Shown here piece after piece: positions 10,663-22,711 of a DNA stretch of 64,000 bases. A program made the translations under genes and the position numbers. The stretch's first letter is position 1. Each line of letters opens with the position of its first letter. This DNA comes from Nemertoderma westbladi (lineage: Eukaryota; Animalia; Xenacoelomorpha), in contig JAUCBJ010008544.1 of the NCBI GenBank assembly GCA_032718475.1, positions 6,248 through 70,247 of the forward strand, given 5' to 3'. The notes beneath the pieces are model-generated. The model ran no database searches and had not been told where the DNA came from. It worked only from the letters and a program-made list of their open reading frames with translations.

Positions 10663-13600
10663 TTATGCTAATTGTTGCTCATTGTTGCTCGTTGTTGCTC
10701 ATTGTTGTTCGTTGTTTCCTCATTGTTGCTCGCTGTTGCTCATTGTTGTTCGTTGTTGCTCATTGTTGCTTGTTGTTGCTCATTGTTGCTCGTTATTGCT
10801 CATTGTTGTTCGTTGTTTCCTCATTGTTGCTCGTTGTTGCTCATTGTTGTTCGTTGTTGCTCGTTGTTGCTCATTGTTGCTCATTGTTGCTCGTTGTTGC
10901 TCATTGTTGTTCGTTGTTGCTCGTTGTTGCTTATTGTTGCTCATTGTTACTAATTGTTGCTCATTGTTGCTCGTTGTTGCTCATTGTTGTTCGTTGTTTC
11001 CTCATTGTTGCTCGTTGTTGCTCATTGTTGTTCGTTGTTGCTCGTTGTTGCTCATTGTTGCTAATTGTTGCTCATTGTTGCTCGTTGTTGCTCATTGTTG
11101 TTCGTTGTTTCCTCATTGTTGCTCATTGTTGCTCATTGTTGCTAATTGTTGCTCGTTGTTGCTCGTTGTTGCTCGTTATTGCTCATTGTTGCTCGTTGTT
11201 GCTCATTGTTGCTCGTTGTTGCACATTGTTGTTCGTTGTTGCTCATTGTTGCTAATTGTTGCTCGTTGTTGCTCATTGTTGCTCGTTGTTGTTCATTGTT
11301 GTTCGTTGTTTCCTCATTGTTGCTCGTTATTGCTCATTGTTGCTCGTTGTTGCTCATTGTTGCTCGTTGTTGCACATTGTTGTTCGTTGTTGCTCGTTGT
11401 TGCTTATTGTTGCTAATTGTTGCTCGTTGTTGCTCATTGTTGCTCATTGTTGTTTGTTGTTGCTCGTTGTTGCTCATTGTTGCTAATTGTTGCTCATTGT
11501 TGCTCGTTGTTGCACATTGTTGTTCGTTGTTGCTCGTTGTTGCTCATTGTTGCTAATTGTTGCTCGTTGTTGTTCGTTGTTGCTCAATGTTGCTCGTTGT
11601 TGTACTTTATTATTGCTTGTTGTTGCTCATTGTTGTTCGTTGTTGCTCATTGTAGCTCGTTATTGCTCATTGTTGCTCGTTGTTGCTCATTGTTGGTACA
11701 TTGTTGCTAGTTGTTCCTCGTTGTTGCTCATTGTTGCTCGTTGTTGCTCATTGTTGCTTGTTGTTGCTCATTGTTGCTCGTTGTTGCACATTGTTGTTCG
11801 TTGTTGCTCGTTGTCGCTCATTGTTGCTAATTGTTGTTCGTTGTTGCTCGTTGTTGCTCATTGTTGCTAATTGTTGCTCATTGTTGCTCATTGTTGCTCA
11901 TTGTTGCTAATTGTTGCTCGTTGTTGCTCATTGTTGCTCGTTATTGCTCATTGTTGCTCGTTGTTGCTCATTGTTGCTCGTTGTTGCACATTGTTGCTCG
12001 TTGTTGCTCATTGTTGCTCGTTGTTGCACATTGTTGTTAGTTGTTGCTCATTGTTGCTAATTGTTGCTCGTTGTTGCTCATTGTTGCTCGTTGTTGCTCA
12101 TTGTTGTTCGTTGTTTCCTCATTGTTGCTCGTTATAGCTCATTGTTGCTTGTTGTTGCTCATTGTTGCTAATTGTTGTTCGTTGTTGCTCGTTGTTGCTC
12201 ATTGTTGCTAATTGTTGCTAATTGTTGCTCATTGTTGCTCATTGTTGCTAATTGTTGCTCGTTGTTGCTCATTGTTGCTCGTTATTGCTCATTGTTGCTC
12301 GTTGTTGCTCATTGTTGCTCGTTATTGCTCATTGTTGCTCGTTGTTGCTCATTGTTGCTCGTTGTTGCACATTGTTGTTAGTTGTTGCTCATTGTTGCTA
12401 ATTGTTGCTCGTTGTTGCTCATTGTTGCTCGTTGTTGCTCATTGTTGTTCGTTGTTTCCTCATTGTTGCTCGTTATAGCTCATTGTTGCTCATTGTTGCT
12501 CGTTGTTGCACATTGTTGTTCGTTGTTGCTCGTTGTTGCTCATTGTTGCTAATTGTTGCTCGTTGTTGCTCATTGTTGTTCGTTGTTGCTCGTTGTTGCT
12601 CATTGTTGCTAATTGTTGCTCGTTGTTGCTCATTGTTGCTCGTTGTTGCTCATTGTTGTTCGTTGTTTCCTCATTGTTGCTCGTTATTGCTCATTGTTGC
12701 TCATTGTTGCTCGTTGTTGCACATTGTTGTTCGTTGTTGCTCATTGTTTCTAATTGTTTCGTTGTTGCTCATTGCTGCTCGTTGTTGCTCATTGTTGTTC
12801 GTTGTTGCTCGTTGTTGCTCATTGTTGCTAATTGTTGTTCGTTGTTGCTCGTTGTTGCTCATTGTTGCTAATTGTTGCTCATTGTTGTTCATTGTTGCTA
12901 ATTGTTGCTCGTTGTTGCTCATTGTTGCTCATTGTTGCTCGTTATTGCTCATTGTTGCTCGTTGTTGCTCATTGTTGCTCATTGTTGCTCGTTGTTGCAC
13001 ATTGTTGTTTGTTGGTGCTCATTGTTGCTCGTTGTTGCTCATTGTTGCTCGTTGTTGCTCATTGTTGTTCGTTGTTTCCTCATTGTTGCTCGTTATTGCT
13101 CATTGTTGCTCATTGTTGCTCGTTGTTGCACATTGTTGTTTGTTGTTGCTCGTTGTTGCTCATTGTGGCTAATTGTTGCTCGTTGTTGCTCATTGTTGCT
13201 CGTTGTTGCTCATTGTTGTTCGTTGTTGCTCATTGTTGCTCATTGTTGCTAATTGTTGCTAATTGTTGCTCGTTGTTGCTCATTGTTGTTCGTTGTTTCC
13301 TCATTGTTGCTCGCTGTTGCTCATTGTTGTTCGTTGTTGCTCATTGTTGCTTGTTGTTGCTCATTGTTGCTCATTGTTGTTCGTTGTTGCTCATTGTTGC
13401 TCATTGTTGCTCGTTGTTGCTCATTGTTGTTCGTTGTTGCTCGTTGTTGCTCATTGTTGCTCATTGTTGCTAATTGTTGCTCATTGTTGCTCGTTGTTGC
13501 TCATTGTTGTTCGTTGTTTCCTCATTGTTGCTCGTTGTCGCTCACTGTTGTTCGTTGTTGCTCGTTGTTGCTCATTGTTGCTAATTGTTGCTCATTGTTG

Positions 13601-14243
13601 CTCGTTGTTGCTCATTGTTGCTTGTTGTTGCTCAGTGTTGCTCGTTATTGCTCATTGTTGCTCGTTGTTGCTCATTGTTGCTCGTTGTTGCACATTGTTG
13701 TTCGTTGTTGCTCGTTGTTGCTCATTGTTGCTAATTGTTGCTCGTTGTTGTTCGTTGTTGCTCAATGTTGCTCGTCGTTGTACTTTATTATTGCTTGTTG
13801 TTGCTCATTGTTGTTCGTTGTTGCTCATTGTTGCTCGTTATTGCTCATTGTTGCTCGTTGTTGCTCATTGTTGGTACATTGTTGCTAGTTGTTCCTCGTT
13901 GTTGCTCATTGTTGCTCGTTGTTGCTCATTGTTGCTCGTTGTTGTTCGTTGTTGCTCATTGTTGCTTGTTGTTGCTCATTGTTGCTCGTTGTTGCTCATT
14001 GTTGTTCGTTGTTGCTCGTTGTTGCTCATTGATGTTCGTTGTTGTACTTTATTATTGCTTGTTGTTGCTCATTGTTGATTGTTGTTGCTCATTGTTGTTC
14101 GTTGTTGCTCTTTGTTACTCGTTGTTGCTCGTTGTTGCTCATTGTTGCTCATTGTTGCCCATTGTTGCTCATTGTTGATTGTTGTTGCTCATTGATTGTT
14201 GTTGCTCATTGTTGTTCGTTGTTGCTCATTGTTGCTCGTTGTG
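10663..14243. repeat. 3.6-kb 10-bp satellite (TTGTTGCTCA / TTGTTGCTCG) with higher-order variants
   Basis: Seen directly. Variant units TTGTTTCCTCA and TTGTACTTTATTA recur. Confidence 0.97.
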
Positions 14244-14585
14244 CATTTAAGCACCTACCTAAATAAACGCAAATCAATACAACAGTGTGAGAGTTCTACA
14301 GGTATCTCAGCAGAGAATTCCGTAATTGTTATCTTACATTTTGCTTGTAGAAACGAATGCAAGTTCTTGGAATCTTACCGTGCAAACAAATGTTAAAGCA
14401 AACATAATAATACAATACAGTATAATTACATTATGTCAATATAATTATCTTGTCACATTCATTTAATATTTTCTCTTATAATGCTACTGTATCATATAAT
14501 AACTATGGCATTTACAATAATTACACAATTAATTCAACAACCATTTTTAGCAAGTCGGAGCCCCGCCCCCCTAATTTTTTTTTCT

Positions 14586-15284
14586 AATTTCAATCAATTG
14601 CTACGGATTGTGGCATGAATATAGTTCGACAAGTTTTCTTACTGGTGGCAGAGCCGGATTTTTCAATTTTAAATTTACTTAGCCGTTAAAAATTCCTATT
14701 TACCAATATTTGACCATCTCAGTTGGCTTTATTCTTATTCTTTGTAATGTAGGCTTAATTCGGATATAATTAAAACCGCCTTTATCTGCAGATTCCGAAT
14801 CTGAAAACTGTTTTAAATTTCACCCAAAATCGCCACAGATATTATCAAAATTATAAGGTGTATTTTTTGTAATGTATTTTTTGTAATAATATTTTTAAAA
14901 CTCTTCATCTTGTTTCTTCATCACGAGTACATGTACTTAATATTCTATATCGATTTACATGTCAAAATGCGGGAAAGACAGATGTATACGTTTGATATTT
15001 TTGATTATATCTCCGAAGTTCTTGGTGAAAATAAAAACGATTTTCCAATTCGGAATCCTGCAGATGGAGGCGGTTCTAATGATGTACACTTAAAAGATTA
15101 CACTTACACTCAAAAGATGGAAATTAGAGCCAACAGAGAGGGTTAAATATTGTTAAATGGCTTTTTAACGGCTTGGTGTAGCTAAATCATTTTAAACATG
15201 AAAATCCGGCCCTGCCAGCAGTAAGAAAATTTGTCTAACTAAGAACTATCCTCATACCTAAAACCGTAGCATTTCATTGAAATT
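14586..15284. mobile_element. Degenerate palindromic MITE or non-autonomous DNA transposon remnant
   Basis: Imperfect ~115-130-bp inverted arms (AATTTCAATCAATTGCTACGG...CTGGTGGCAGAGCCGGATTTT vs AAAATCCGGCCCTGCCAGCAG...CCGTAGCATTTCATTGAAATT), plus an inner IR at about 14777-14800 / 15048-15073. Confidence 0.65.
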
Positions 15285-15902
15285 AAAAAATTAACAGTGA
15301 AAAATGCCTATCAAGAAAGATGGTGTATTGCATTTCAATGCTTGCAGGAATAATATAAATGACAGTGAAGTTTATGGATTCGGAAATAAGTCGGAAATAA
15401 TTTTATTTGATTTATACAGTTATTGTAGAATATAGGCCTACATTAATATGTATGTATATAAAAATATAAAATTATGTAGAATTTGAATATACACCTACAG
15501 TTAACCAATATTGATTGTTAATGATATTGTACAATAGGTGCGCTAGGAATGCGTCTCGCTAGCGCCCCACTTTACAATAACAAAATAACACTGTTCAACA
15601 TAAATATATACTATTTTATAATGCGTGTAGGCCCTATACTGCTATAGCCTGCCTACTCAATGTGTCTGATACGGGATACTCAAACTGAAGGTACAGGTTG
15701 GAAGATCGGTAGGCAGTAAAGTATTGGGGCGAGCCATCGAGCTCGTATTAATTAGGTCGTGGGTCTATCAGTATATTTATGTGGTCCGCTACATTATATT
15801 ACAGTATATGACAATTATGAAATGTAGTAGGCCTAACTGCAGTTATTAACGTTAAATGTATTTCTAAGACCAATTGAAATGCTGGGAGAAAAACTTTGGA
15901 TA

Positions 15903-17190
15903 AGTGTAGCGCCCACCCCTACCTTCGGGTAGCAGATAGGAGTAGCCCCCACCCCTAACTTCGGGTAACAGATAGGTGCAGCACCCACCCCTAACTTCGG
16001 GTAGCAGATAGGAGTAGCCCCCACCCCTAACTTCGGGTAGCAGATAAGGAGTAGCCCCCACCCCTAACTTCGGGTAGCAGATAGGTGTAGCCCCCACCCC
16101 TAACTTCGGGTAACAGATAGGAGTAGCGCCCACCCCTACCCTCGGGTAGCAGATAGGTGTAGCGCCCACCCCTACCTTCGGGTAGCAGATAGGAGTAGCC
16201 CCCACCCCTAACTTCGGGTAGCAGATAGGTGTAGCCCCCACCCCTAACTTCGGGTAGCAGATAGGAGTAGCCCCCACCCCTAACTTCGGGTAGCAGATAG
16301 GAGTAGCCCCCACCCCTAACTTCGGGTAGCAGATAGGAGTAGCCCCCACCCCTAACTTCGGGTAACAGATAGGTGCAGCCCCCACCCCTAACTTCGGGTA
16401 GCAGATAGGAGTAGCCCCCACCCCTAACTTCGGGTAGCAGATAGGAGTAGCCCCCACCCCTAACTTCGGGTAGCAGATAGGTGTAGCCCCCACCCCTAAC
16501 TTCGGGTAACAGATAGGTGTAGCCCCCACCCCTAACTTCGGGTAACAGATAGGAGTAGCCCCCACCCCTAACTTCGGGTAACAGATAGGTGCAGCCCCCA
16601 CCCCTAACTTCGGGTAGCAGATAGGTGTAGCCCCCACCCCTAACTTCGGGTAGCAGATAGGAGTAGCCCCCACCCCTAACTTCGGGTAACAGATAGGTGT
16701 AGCCCCCACCCCTAACTTCGGGTAACAGATAGGTGTAGCCCCCACCCCTAACTTCGGGTAGCAGATAGGAGTAGCCCCCACCCCTAACTTCGGGTAACAG
16801 ATAGGTGCAGCCCCCACCCCTAACTTCGGGTAACAGATAGGTGTAGCCCCCACCCCTAACTTCGGGTAACAGATAGGTGTAGCCCCCACCCCTCACTTCG
16901 GGTAACAGATAAGTGTAGCCCCCACCCCTAACTTCGGGTAACAGATAGGTGTAGCGCCCACCCCTAACTTCGGGTAACAGATAGGTGTAGCCCCCACCCC
17001 TAACTTCGGGTAACAGATAGGTGTAGCCCCCACCCCTAACTTCGGGTAACAGATAGGTGTACCGCCCACCCCTAACTTCGGGTAACAGTTAGGTGTAGCC
17101 CCCACCCCTAACTTCGGGTAACAGATAGGTGTAGCGCCCACCCCTAACTTCGGGTAACAGATAGGTGTAGCGCCCACCCCTAACTTCGGG
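15903..17190. repeat. 33-bp minisatellite (CCCCCACCCCTAACTTCGGGTAACAGATAGGTGTAG-type), left part
   Basis: About 39 units; the array continues beyond the LTR element at 46400. Confidence 0.97.
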
Positions 17191-17782
17191 TGTGACGGGA
17201 TCAGGGGATCCCGACTGGTTAGTTTTCGTTACGCGTCGCCGCTCGTTGTTATGAGAAAAGGATAATAGTTAGTTGTTGTTCTGATATTGTTAATGCAAAT
17301 CACCAAATATAATATAATAGCAAGAAATATATATGTAATGTTAATGAATAAGATATAATAACGTTGTACCGGTAGTGGCGGTGACGGCGGTGACGGTACG
17401 AAAATGTCACCTAACTGCACTAATTAATGACTGAGTAAACTGAACAACCGACCGGTAGCAGGACGATATATATATGTATATAATTAGTACACCACTACGG
17501 CCTTCGTCCAGTGGATACTCTCCCCCCCGCTCTCATTGGCTGTTGGCCCACTTCACGCCTCTCACCTCTGTGGGAGTGCTTCCCCCCCGCTGCTGTTACT
17601 TTCCCTCTCCCAAGAGGTTTGACCTATAACCCCTTTTGTGTGGCTCTTTGGGGCCTTATGTTGTGCCCGTTATTGGGGGTGATACGAGGTTGATTGTAAT
17701 CAACCTCGTACTCCCCAATATTGCTTAAAACGCCACTTCCCAACTTTATGGGGTCGGTGGGGCGGAATTGAATCCGCTCACA
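17191..17782 (-). repeat. 3' LTR of the outer element
   Basis: Direct repeat of 45814-46399 with several substitutions and small indels; PPT adjacent. Confidence 0.95.
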
Positions 17783-17820
17783 CTCCCCCCCATGCTATCT
17801 TCCCGGTGAGAAGATAGCAT
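17783..17820 (-). promoter_or_regulatory. Polypurine tract (GGGGGGGAG on minus) preceded by an 11-bp perfect hairpin
   Basis: CTCCCCCCC at 17783-17791; ATGCTATCTTC / GAAGATAGCAT stem at 17792-17820. Confidence 0.8.
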
Positions 17821-18679
17821 CACCTTCGAGTGCGCTTCAATTCCGCTGGAACCAGATCTATTATCGGGTGTGGGGTGGAGTTCTCTTTCTTGGAGCCGGC
17901 TTTCCTGGCCGCTCCCTATGGGTATGATATTGCTACCCTCTCTTGGTGCAACTTCACCTATGTTGCACCAAGACATCTGGCGTCTCGGGTCGAGACAATT
18001 GTGGACTCCTCACACATTTTAAAAACTCCTCTCACTCTAAGTTCACTTCAGCTCCACTCCAACTCCACCCTACTCTATCTTACTCGTTCCCCACACCCGA
18101 CTCGCACTCCTTTTACTTTCCCTTATCCTGTCAAACCTCCTCTCATTCTCCCCCCGATTCTCATTCTTACTTTCATTCCTCACACACTTATTGGGCCCCA
18201 CACATGTGCGCATCATGTTAGTGGGCATGTTGCCCTAGTCAATTGATCCCCAGTCCCAGTAGCTAATTGGAAAAAGGTTGTGTTTGACTACGGTACAACT
18301 TCCAACTTCCAACTTCTGATATGGTGTATCCACCTCCCTGTCTACTAGATGCCGGTTGTTGTAGTACACCGACTCGTCCTCCAGCCCCGGGTGATCTACC
18401 AGACCTCCGAAGGCCACCTTGAAGGCTCTTCTGTAGTTCGGGGGTGGTCCTGATATTCTTAATTTTTAATTTTGATTTTGTTTCGTGCGCATTTGCCCCT
18501 ATTCTGTGCTATTATATTTGTACCTACCTCTCTACTTACTTCTTACTTACTACTTACCATGCAACTCTCTTACTACTAACTCTATTAACTCTCTAAAACT
18601 CTACTAACTCTCTAACTCTACTAAGTCTCCAACTCTACTAACTTTCTAACGGTACTATGTACCCTCCTACTACTCTCTC

Positions 18680-18980
18680 GGTACTATGTACCCTCTTACT
18701 CCCGTGGTATGTCTCTATACCACACTCCCTGATCTCTAACTTCTACCTCTCCCGGTACTATGTACCCTCTTACTCCCGTGGTATGTCTCTATACCACACT
18801 CCCTGATCTCTAACTTCTACCTTTCCCGGTACTATGTACCCTCTTACTCCCGTGGTATGTCTCTATACCACACTCCCTGATCTCTAACTTCTACCTCTCC
18901 CGGTACTATGTACCCTCTTACTCCCGTGGTAGTCTCTATACCACACTCCCTGATCTCTAACTTCTACCTCTCCCGGTACT
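18680..18980. repeat. 74-bp tandem repeat x4 in the 3' UTR of the outer element
   Basis: GGTACTATGTACC at 18680, 18754, 18828 and 18902; each unit contains a GTGGTAT..ATACCAC stem. Confidence 0.9.
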
Positions 18981-19295
18981 AACTTCTATCAACTTTCTAA
19001 CTATTTCTAACTTTCGCTAGTTTTCCAATTACTACTAACTTTCTAACTACAACTAACTTCTGCTAACTTTCTATCTACTACTAACTTTCTAACTACAACT
19101 AACTTCTGCTAACTTTCTATCTACTACTTAGTACTACATACTACCTACTATTATCACTTTCTGACTTTCTCCTCTTTAACTTTCTTTCTATTATTTTATT
19201 TATTTTATTATTTTTATTATTTTTATATATTGTGTGGGAAGGGCGTCTCGCCCTCATTCCCACCCCCCTCAGTCCAATACTTGGACGACTAAACT

Positions 19296-22200
19296 CTACG
19301 GTGCCCCTTCTAGCAGGCAGCACTTTCCTACAGCCCTCCTGTAGGTCTTCCTATCTTTCGCTCCTATCTTACCACCTATCCGCACTTCCACCGATTGGAC
19401 TCTTCCGTCCTCGTCGGAGTAAGTGTCCACTACTCTTGCCAATCTCCATTGATTGTTAATGATGGTGTCGTCCGTGACGATCACCAAATCACCCTTCTTT
19501 AACTCCCCAGTGGTATTTCTCCCCTTGCTCCTCCTATGAAGTGTGGGTAGATATTCCTCGACCCACCTCCTCCAGTATTCCGCGCTTATCGCCTTAGCGA
19601 CTTTCCAACTCTGTCGGGAGTGTATATCGTCTGGATCTACACCCCGCATGTCGATGGTCGCCAGCCTCTCCATTAGAAAGTGACTGGGTGTCAGCACATC
19701 TAATGACTCTGGGTCATCATTTTCTGGGTATAGCGGTCTGCTATTAATGATACCCTCGCATTTAGCTATCACCGTCCTTAGCACATCTTCTGTCACCATG
19801 TGGGTGTTCATCAACTTCGTCATCAGATGCTTGGAACTACCCACGAGTGTCTTGACGCATCCTAAAGTATGCGGAGCATACGGCGTCCTCCTCTCCCACT
19901 TCACCTGTCGTCTTCTCATGGCCTGACTTCTCATGCCCTGACTTCCTCCCCTTCCAGGATGTCCAAGGCCTCTGCCAGCTCGTTCTCCGCCCCCACAAAG
20001 TTGGTTCCATTATCGGAGTATATTACTGCGATCGTCCCACCTTTGCGGTCTCTGAACCTCTCTAGGATGAACGCATTGATGAATGCCGATGCGGTTGCGT
20101 CTTGGGCGAGTTCTATTCCTACCGCCCACGTGTTGTTACATACGAAGATAATGCCGTAGCGCTTCTCCGTGTGCCGCATCACCTTAATCTTTATCGGCCC
20201 GAACATATCTACACCGCAGTGCGTGAATGGCGGGTCGTGCTGTCTCACCCTGCTGGCCGGTAATGGCGCCATCTCCTGTACGGCCCGCTCCTTCCTCGTC
20301 CGTCGGCAGGTCTGGCACTGCCCCACTACCGCCTTCACCTTCTTTCTTAGTTGTGTGATCCAGAAGGTCCTCCGTATCTCTGTGAGGGTCCGGTTGGTGC
20401 CCCCGTGCAATATCGACTTGTGGGAGTCCCAAATGATCTGGTGGACTATCGGCGATCTATTTGGGATGATGATGGGTTTCGGTGGAATAATGAGGCTGTT
20501 GTTATTTAGCACTCTGGAGTTCATTACTAAGATCCCATCGTCGTTGAGTTGTAGCGACAGCGTGATGAGCTCGCTGTCCCGACGAAGATGTTGTTGTTTA
20601 CCAACGCGCTGCATTTCGTCGCCGTAGTTCTTTCTCTGTTCGTAACGGATCACGGGCTTGGCCGCTCCCTCCAGATCGATGTTTGGTTTCTTCTTGGTGT
20701 CTTTGCCGACTCCCTTGAGGAAACCCCCAAAGGCTCTCCAGTACGCCACTAACTTCTTGGTCTTGTACCAACTTGAGCTGTAGCTGAGGAGTTTGTCCGT
20801 CGGGTTATCACATGGTTCTTCTGGTTTTTGTTGCACGTCCCTGATCTCCCTCACCATCTGACTATATATCTCTTCACCTTCTGAGTCTCCTCCCTCTTCC
20901 TCTAGTGTTACCTCCTCTGAGCCTGGGTCCACCTTCTTCATCGGTGGCCAGGCCGTCTTATCGTTCAGGAACTGTGGCCCGTGCTGCCACAATACTTCCT
21001 TCCTTAAGAAAGTGTGGCGTGCCACGCCCCTTGATAACAAGTCCGCTGGGTTCTCGTCCGTTGGGCAGTAGTGCCACCTCTCCAAGTCTGTCGTCGCCCT
21101 TATTTCGTCCACCCTATTTGCGACGAATATAGGGTATCTCGTCTTCTCATTGTGTAGCCAACCAAGCACTACCATGGAGTCCGTCCAGTAGTGTGTTTCC
21201 ACTATGTTGGGAATGGTGTCCATCAAGTAGGTTATGGCCCTTACTCCTAACCTCCCAGCTGTCAACTCGAGTTTTGGGACCGATGCTGAATCTTCCGGTG
21301 TCGACTTTGCTTTGCTGAATGCAAGTCTGGGCTTATGAGCCCCCTCTTGTTGTACTAGGTAGAGTGCCGCTCCGTATGCTTCTAATGATGCATCGGAGAA
21401 CATGTGTAGATCCAGAACCGTCATGTCCCCATACGGGAAATACACGCGTGGCATGCTGTACATCCCCATCTGTTCTAAACTCCCCGTCCACTTACTCCAC
21501 TGCTTGCTGATTTCTTCCGGGACCTCTGTATCCCACTCGTCCTTTAACTTATATACTTTCTTAAGTATCTGTTTCCCCGTAACTAATAGTGGGGATGCTG
21601 GCCTAGGGGATCGTATATCCTTGCTATGTACGATACATAGCCCCTCTTTGTGTGGATGTCCGCGCCCTCCTGGCTCAGCTGGTACTTGAACTCGTCTGTC
21701 TCTCGGTTCCACACGATACCCAACGCCTTCTGCTGGGACTCTACTCTCTTGTTCGCCATGTCCTGTCCCTTGGCTGTCGTGGGATTATCCATGGTTGACT
21801 CTGGCCTCCTGTCCTCTATGGCTCTCATAAACTCTTCCGAGCTGGACTGGAACTTGGTCAGGTTAAACCCGGATCCTTTCAGGATGTCGCGAACCTCGCA
21901 CCCTGTATCCAGTAGTTCTTTAACCGTGTTTCCAGACTCCATCCCGTCATCTACATAGAAGCCGCGTCGAATCATATCGACGGGTTTGGCGCTGTATCTC
22001 TCCTCTTTCCCCTCTACTGTGTCCCTCACAGCCACAGTCATCGTAAATGAGGACGACTTGGCCCCCATATTCTGCACCACCATCTTGTACATCGGTATTG
22101 TCGACGGTTCCTCGTCGCTGTTGTACCATAGGAAGCGCTGGCTGTCACTATCCTCCTCCATTACACGGACTTGGTTGAACATGCCTTCAATGTCGCAAGT
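19296..22200 (-). pseudogene. Outer BEL/Pao pol: C-terminal RT, RNase H, integrase (frameshifted)
   Basis: TCDIEGMFNQV, FYVDD, IYDPLG, LHMFSDAS, WTDS, NPADLLSRG, HGG..CQTC, GVDMFGP, YSDNGTNF, INSRPL, LTPSHFL, spread over three ORF pieces. Confidence 0.93.
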
Positions 22201-22348
22201 GAAGGTGATGAATTATTTCACTATAAGGTAGCATTTGTAGTTTAACTTTAACGTAAAAACTTTTGAAAATCCGACGTATTTTGATTAAGTTACAGTAATG
22301 TAATATGCCTATTCATATTTGTACACATAAAACCCTTAGGTACTCTCG

Positions 22349-22417
22349 TGGCGTAGTGGTCAGATGGTTAAGGCGTTGGTTACATTACGTAGGTTACGAG
22401 TTCGAATCCCAGTCGGG
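22349..22417 (+). other. tRNA-derived segment (Pol III A and B boxes) in U3 of the inner LTR; second copy at about 39604-39672
   Basis: A-box-like TGGTCAGATGGTTAAGGC and B-box GAGTTCGAATCCC with tRNA-like spacing; acceptor and anticodon stems are degenerate. Confidence 0.6.
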
Positions 22418-22464
22418 AAATTTGTATTTTGGGGCCATTTATTTTCGTGTGTTGCTAATTGGTA

Positions 22465-22711
22465 GGCCAATGAGAAGCGTACAGCGTAGCGAATGATGAG
22501 CCAGGCCAATCATAGGGCATAAATTATCTTATTGCTCAAATGTGAGGCAGTGGAAAATTCTGTTAGGATTCCATGTCCCAGATTAGTGTAAGGGCTGGAC
22601 TGCGTTGAACGATGAGCTGGGCCAATCATAGAGCACCGAAGCACTTCATTGCTCAATGGTGAAGCTGTGGAAAATTCTGTTTAGTTTCCATGTGCAATTT
22701 CTAGTATAAAA
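22465..22711 (+). promoter_or_regulatory. Putative LTR promoter: three CCAAT boxes, a ~115-bp tandem duplication and a TATAAAA box
   Basis: GGCCAAT near 22466, 22504 and 22620; TATAAAA at 22705-22711. Confidence 0.55.

Noticed and set aside
10649-14266. Many long Cys/Leu/Val-rich ORFs
   Set aside because: Translations of a 10-bp satellite that is stop-poor in several frames.
15833-17177. GATPICYPKLGV-repeat ORFs (similar repeat ORFs at 46395-48532 and 55853-57656)
   Set aside because: Minisatellite translations, open in several frames and strands.
18235-18417. Remnant accessory ORF in the outer element's 3' region
   Set aside because: Only 60 aa, with no recognisable motif and no visible similarity to inner ORF2.
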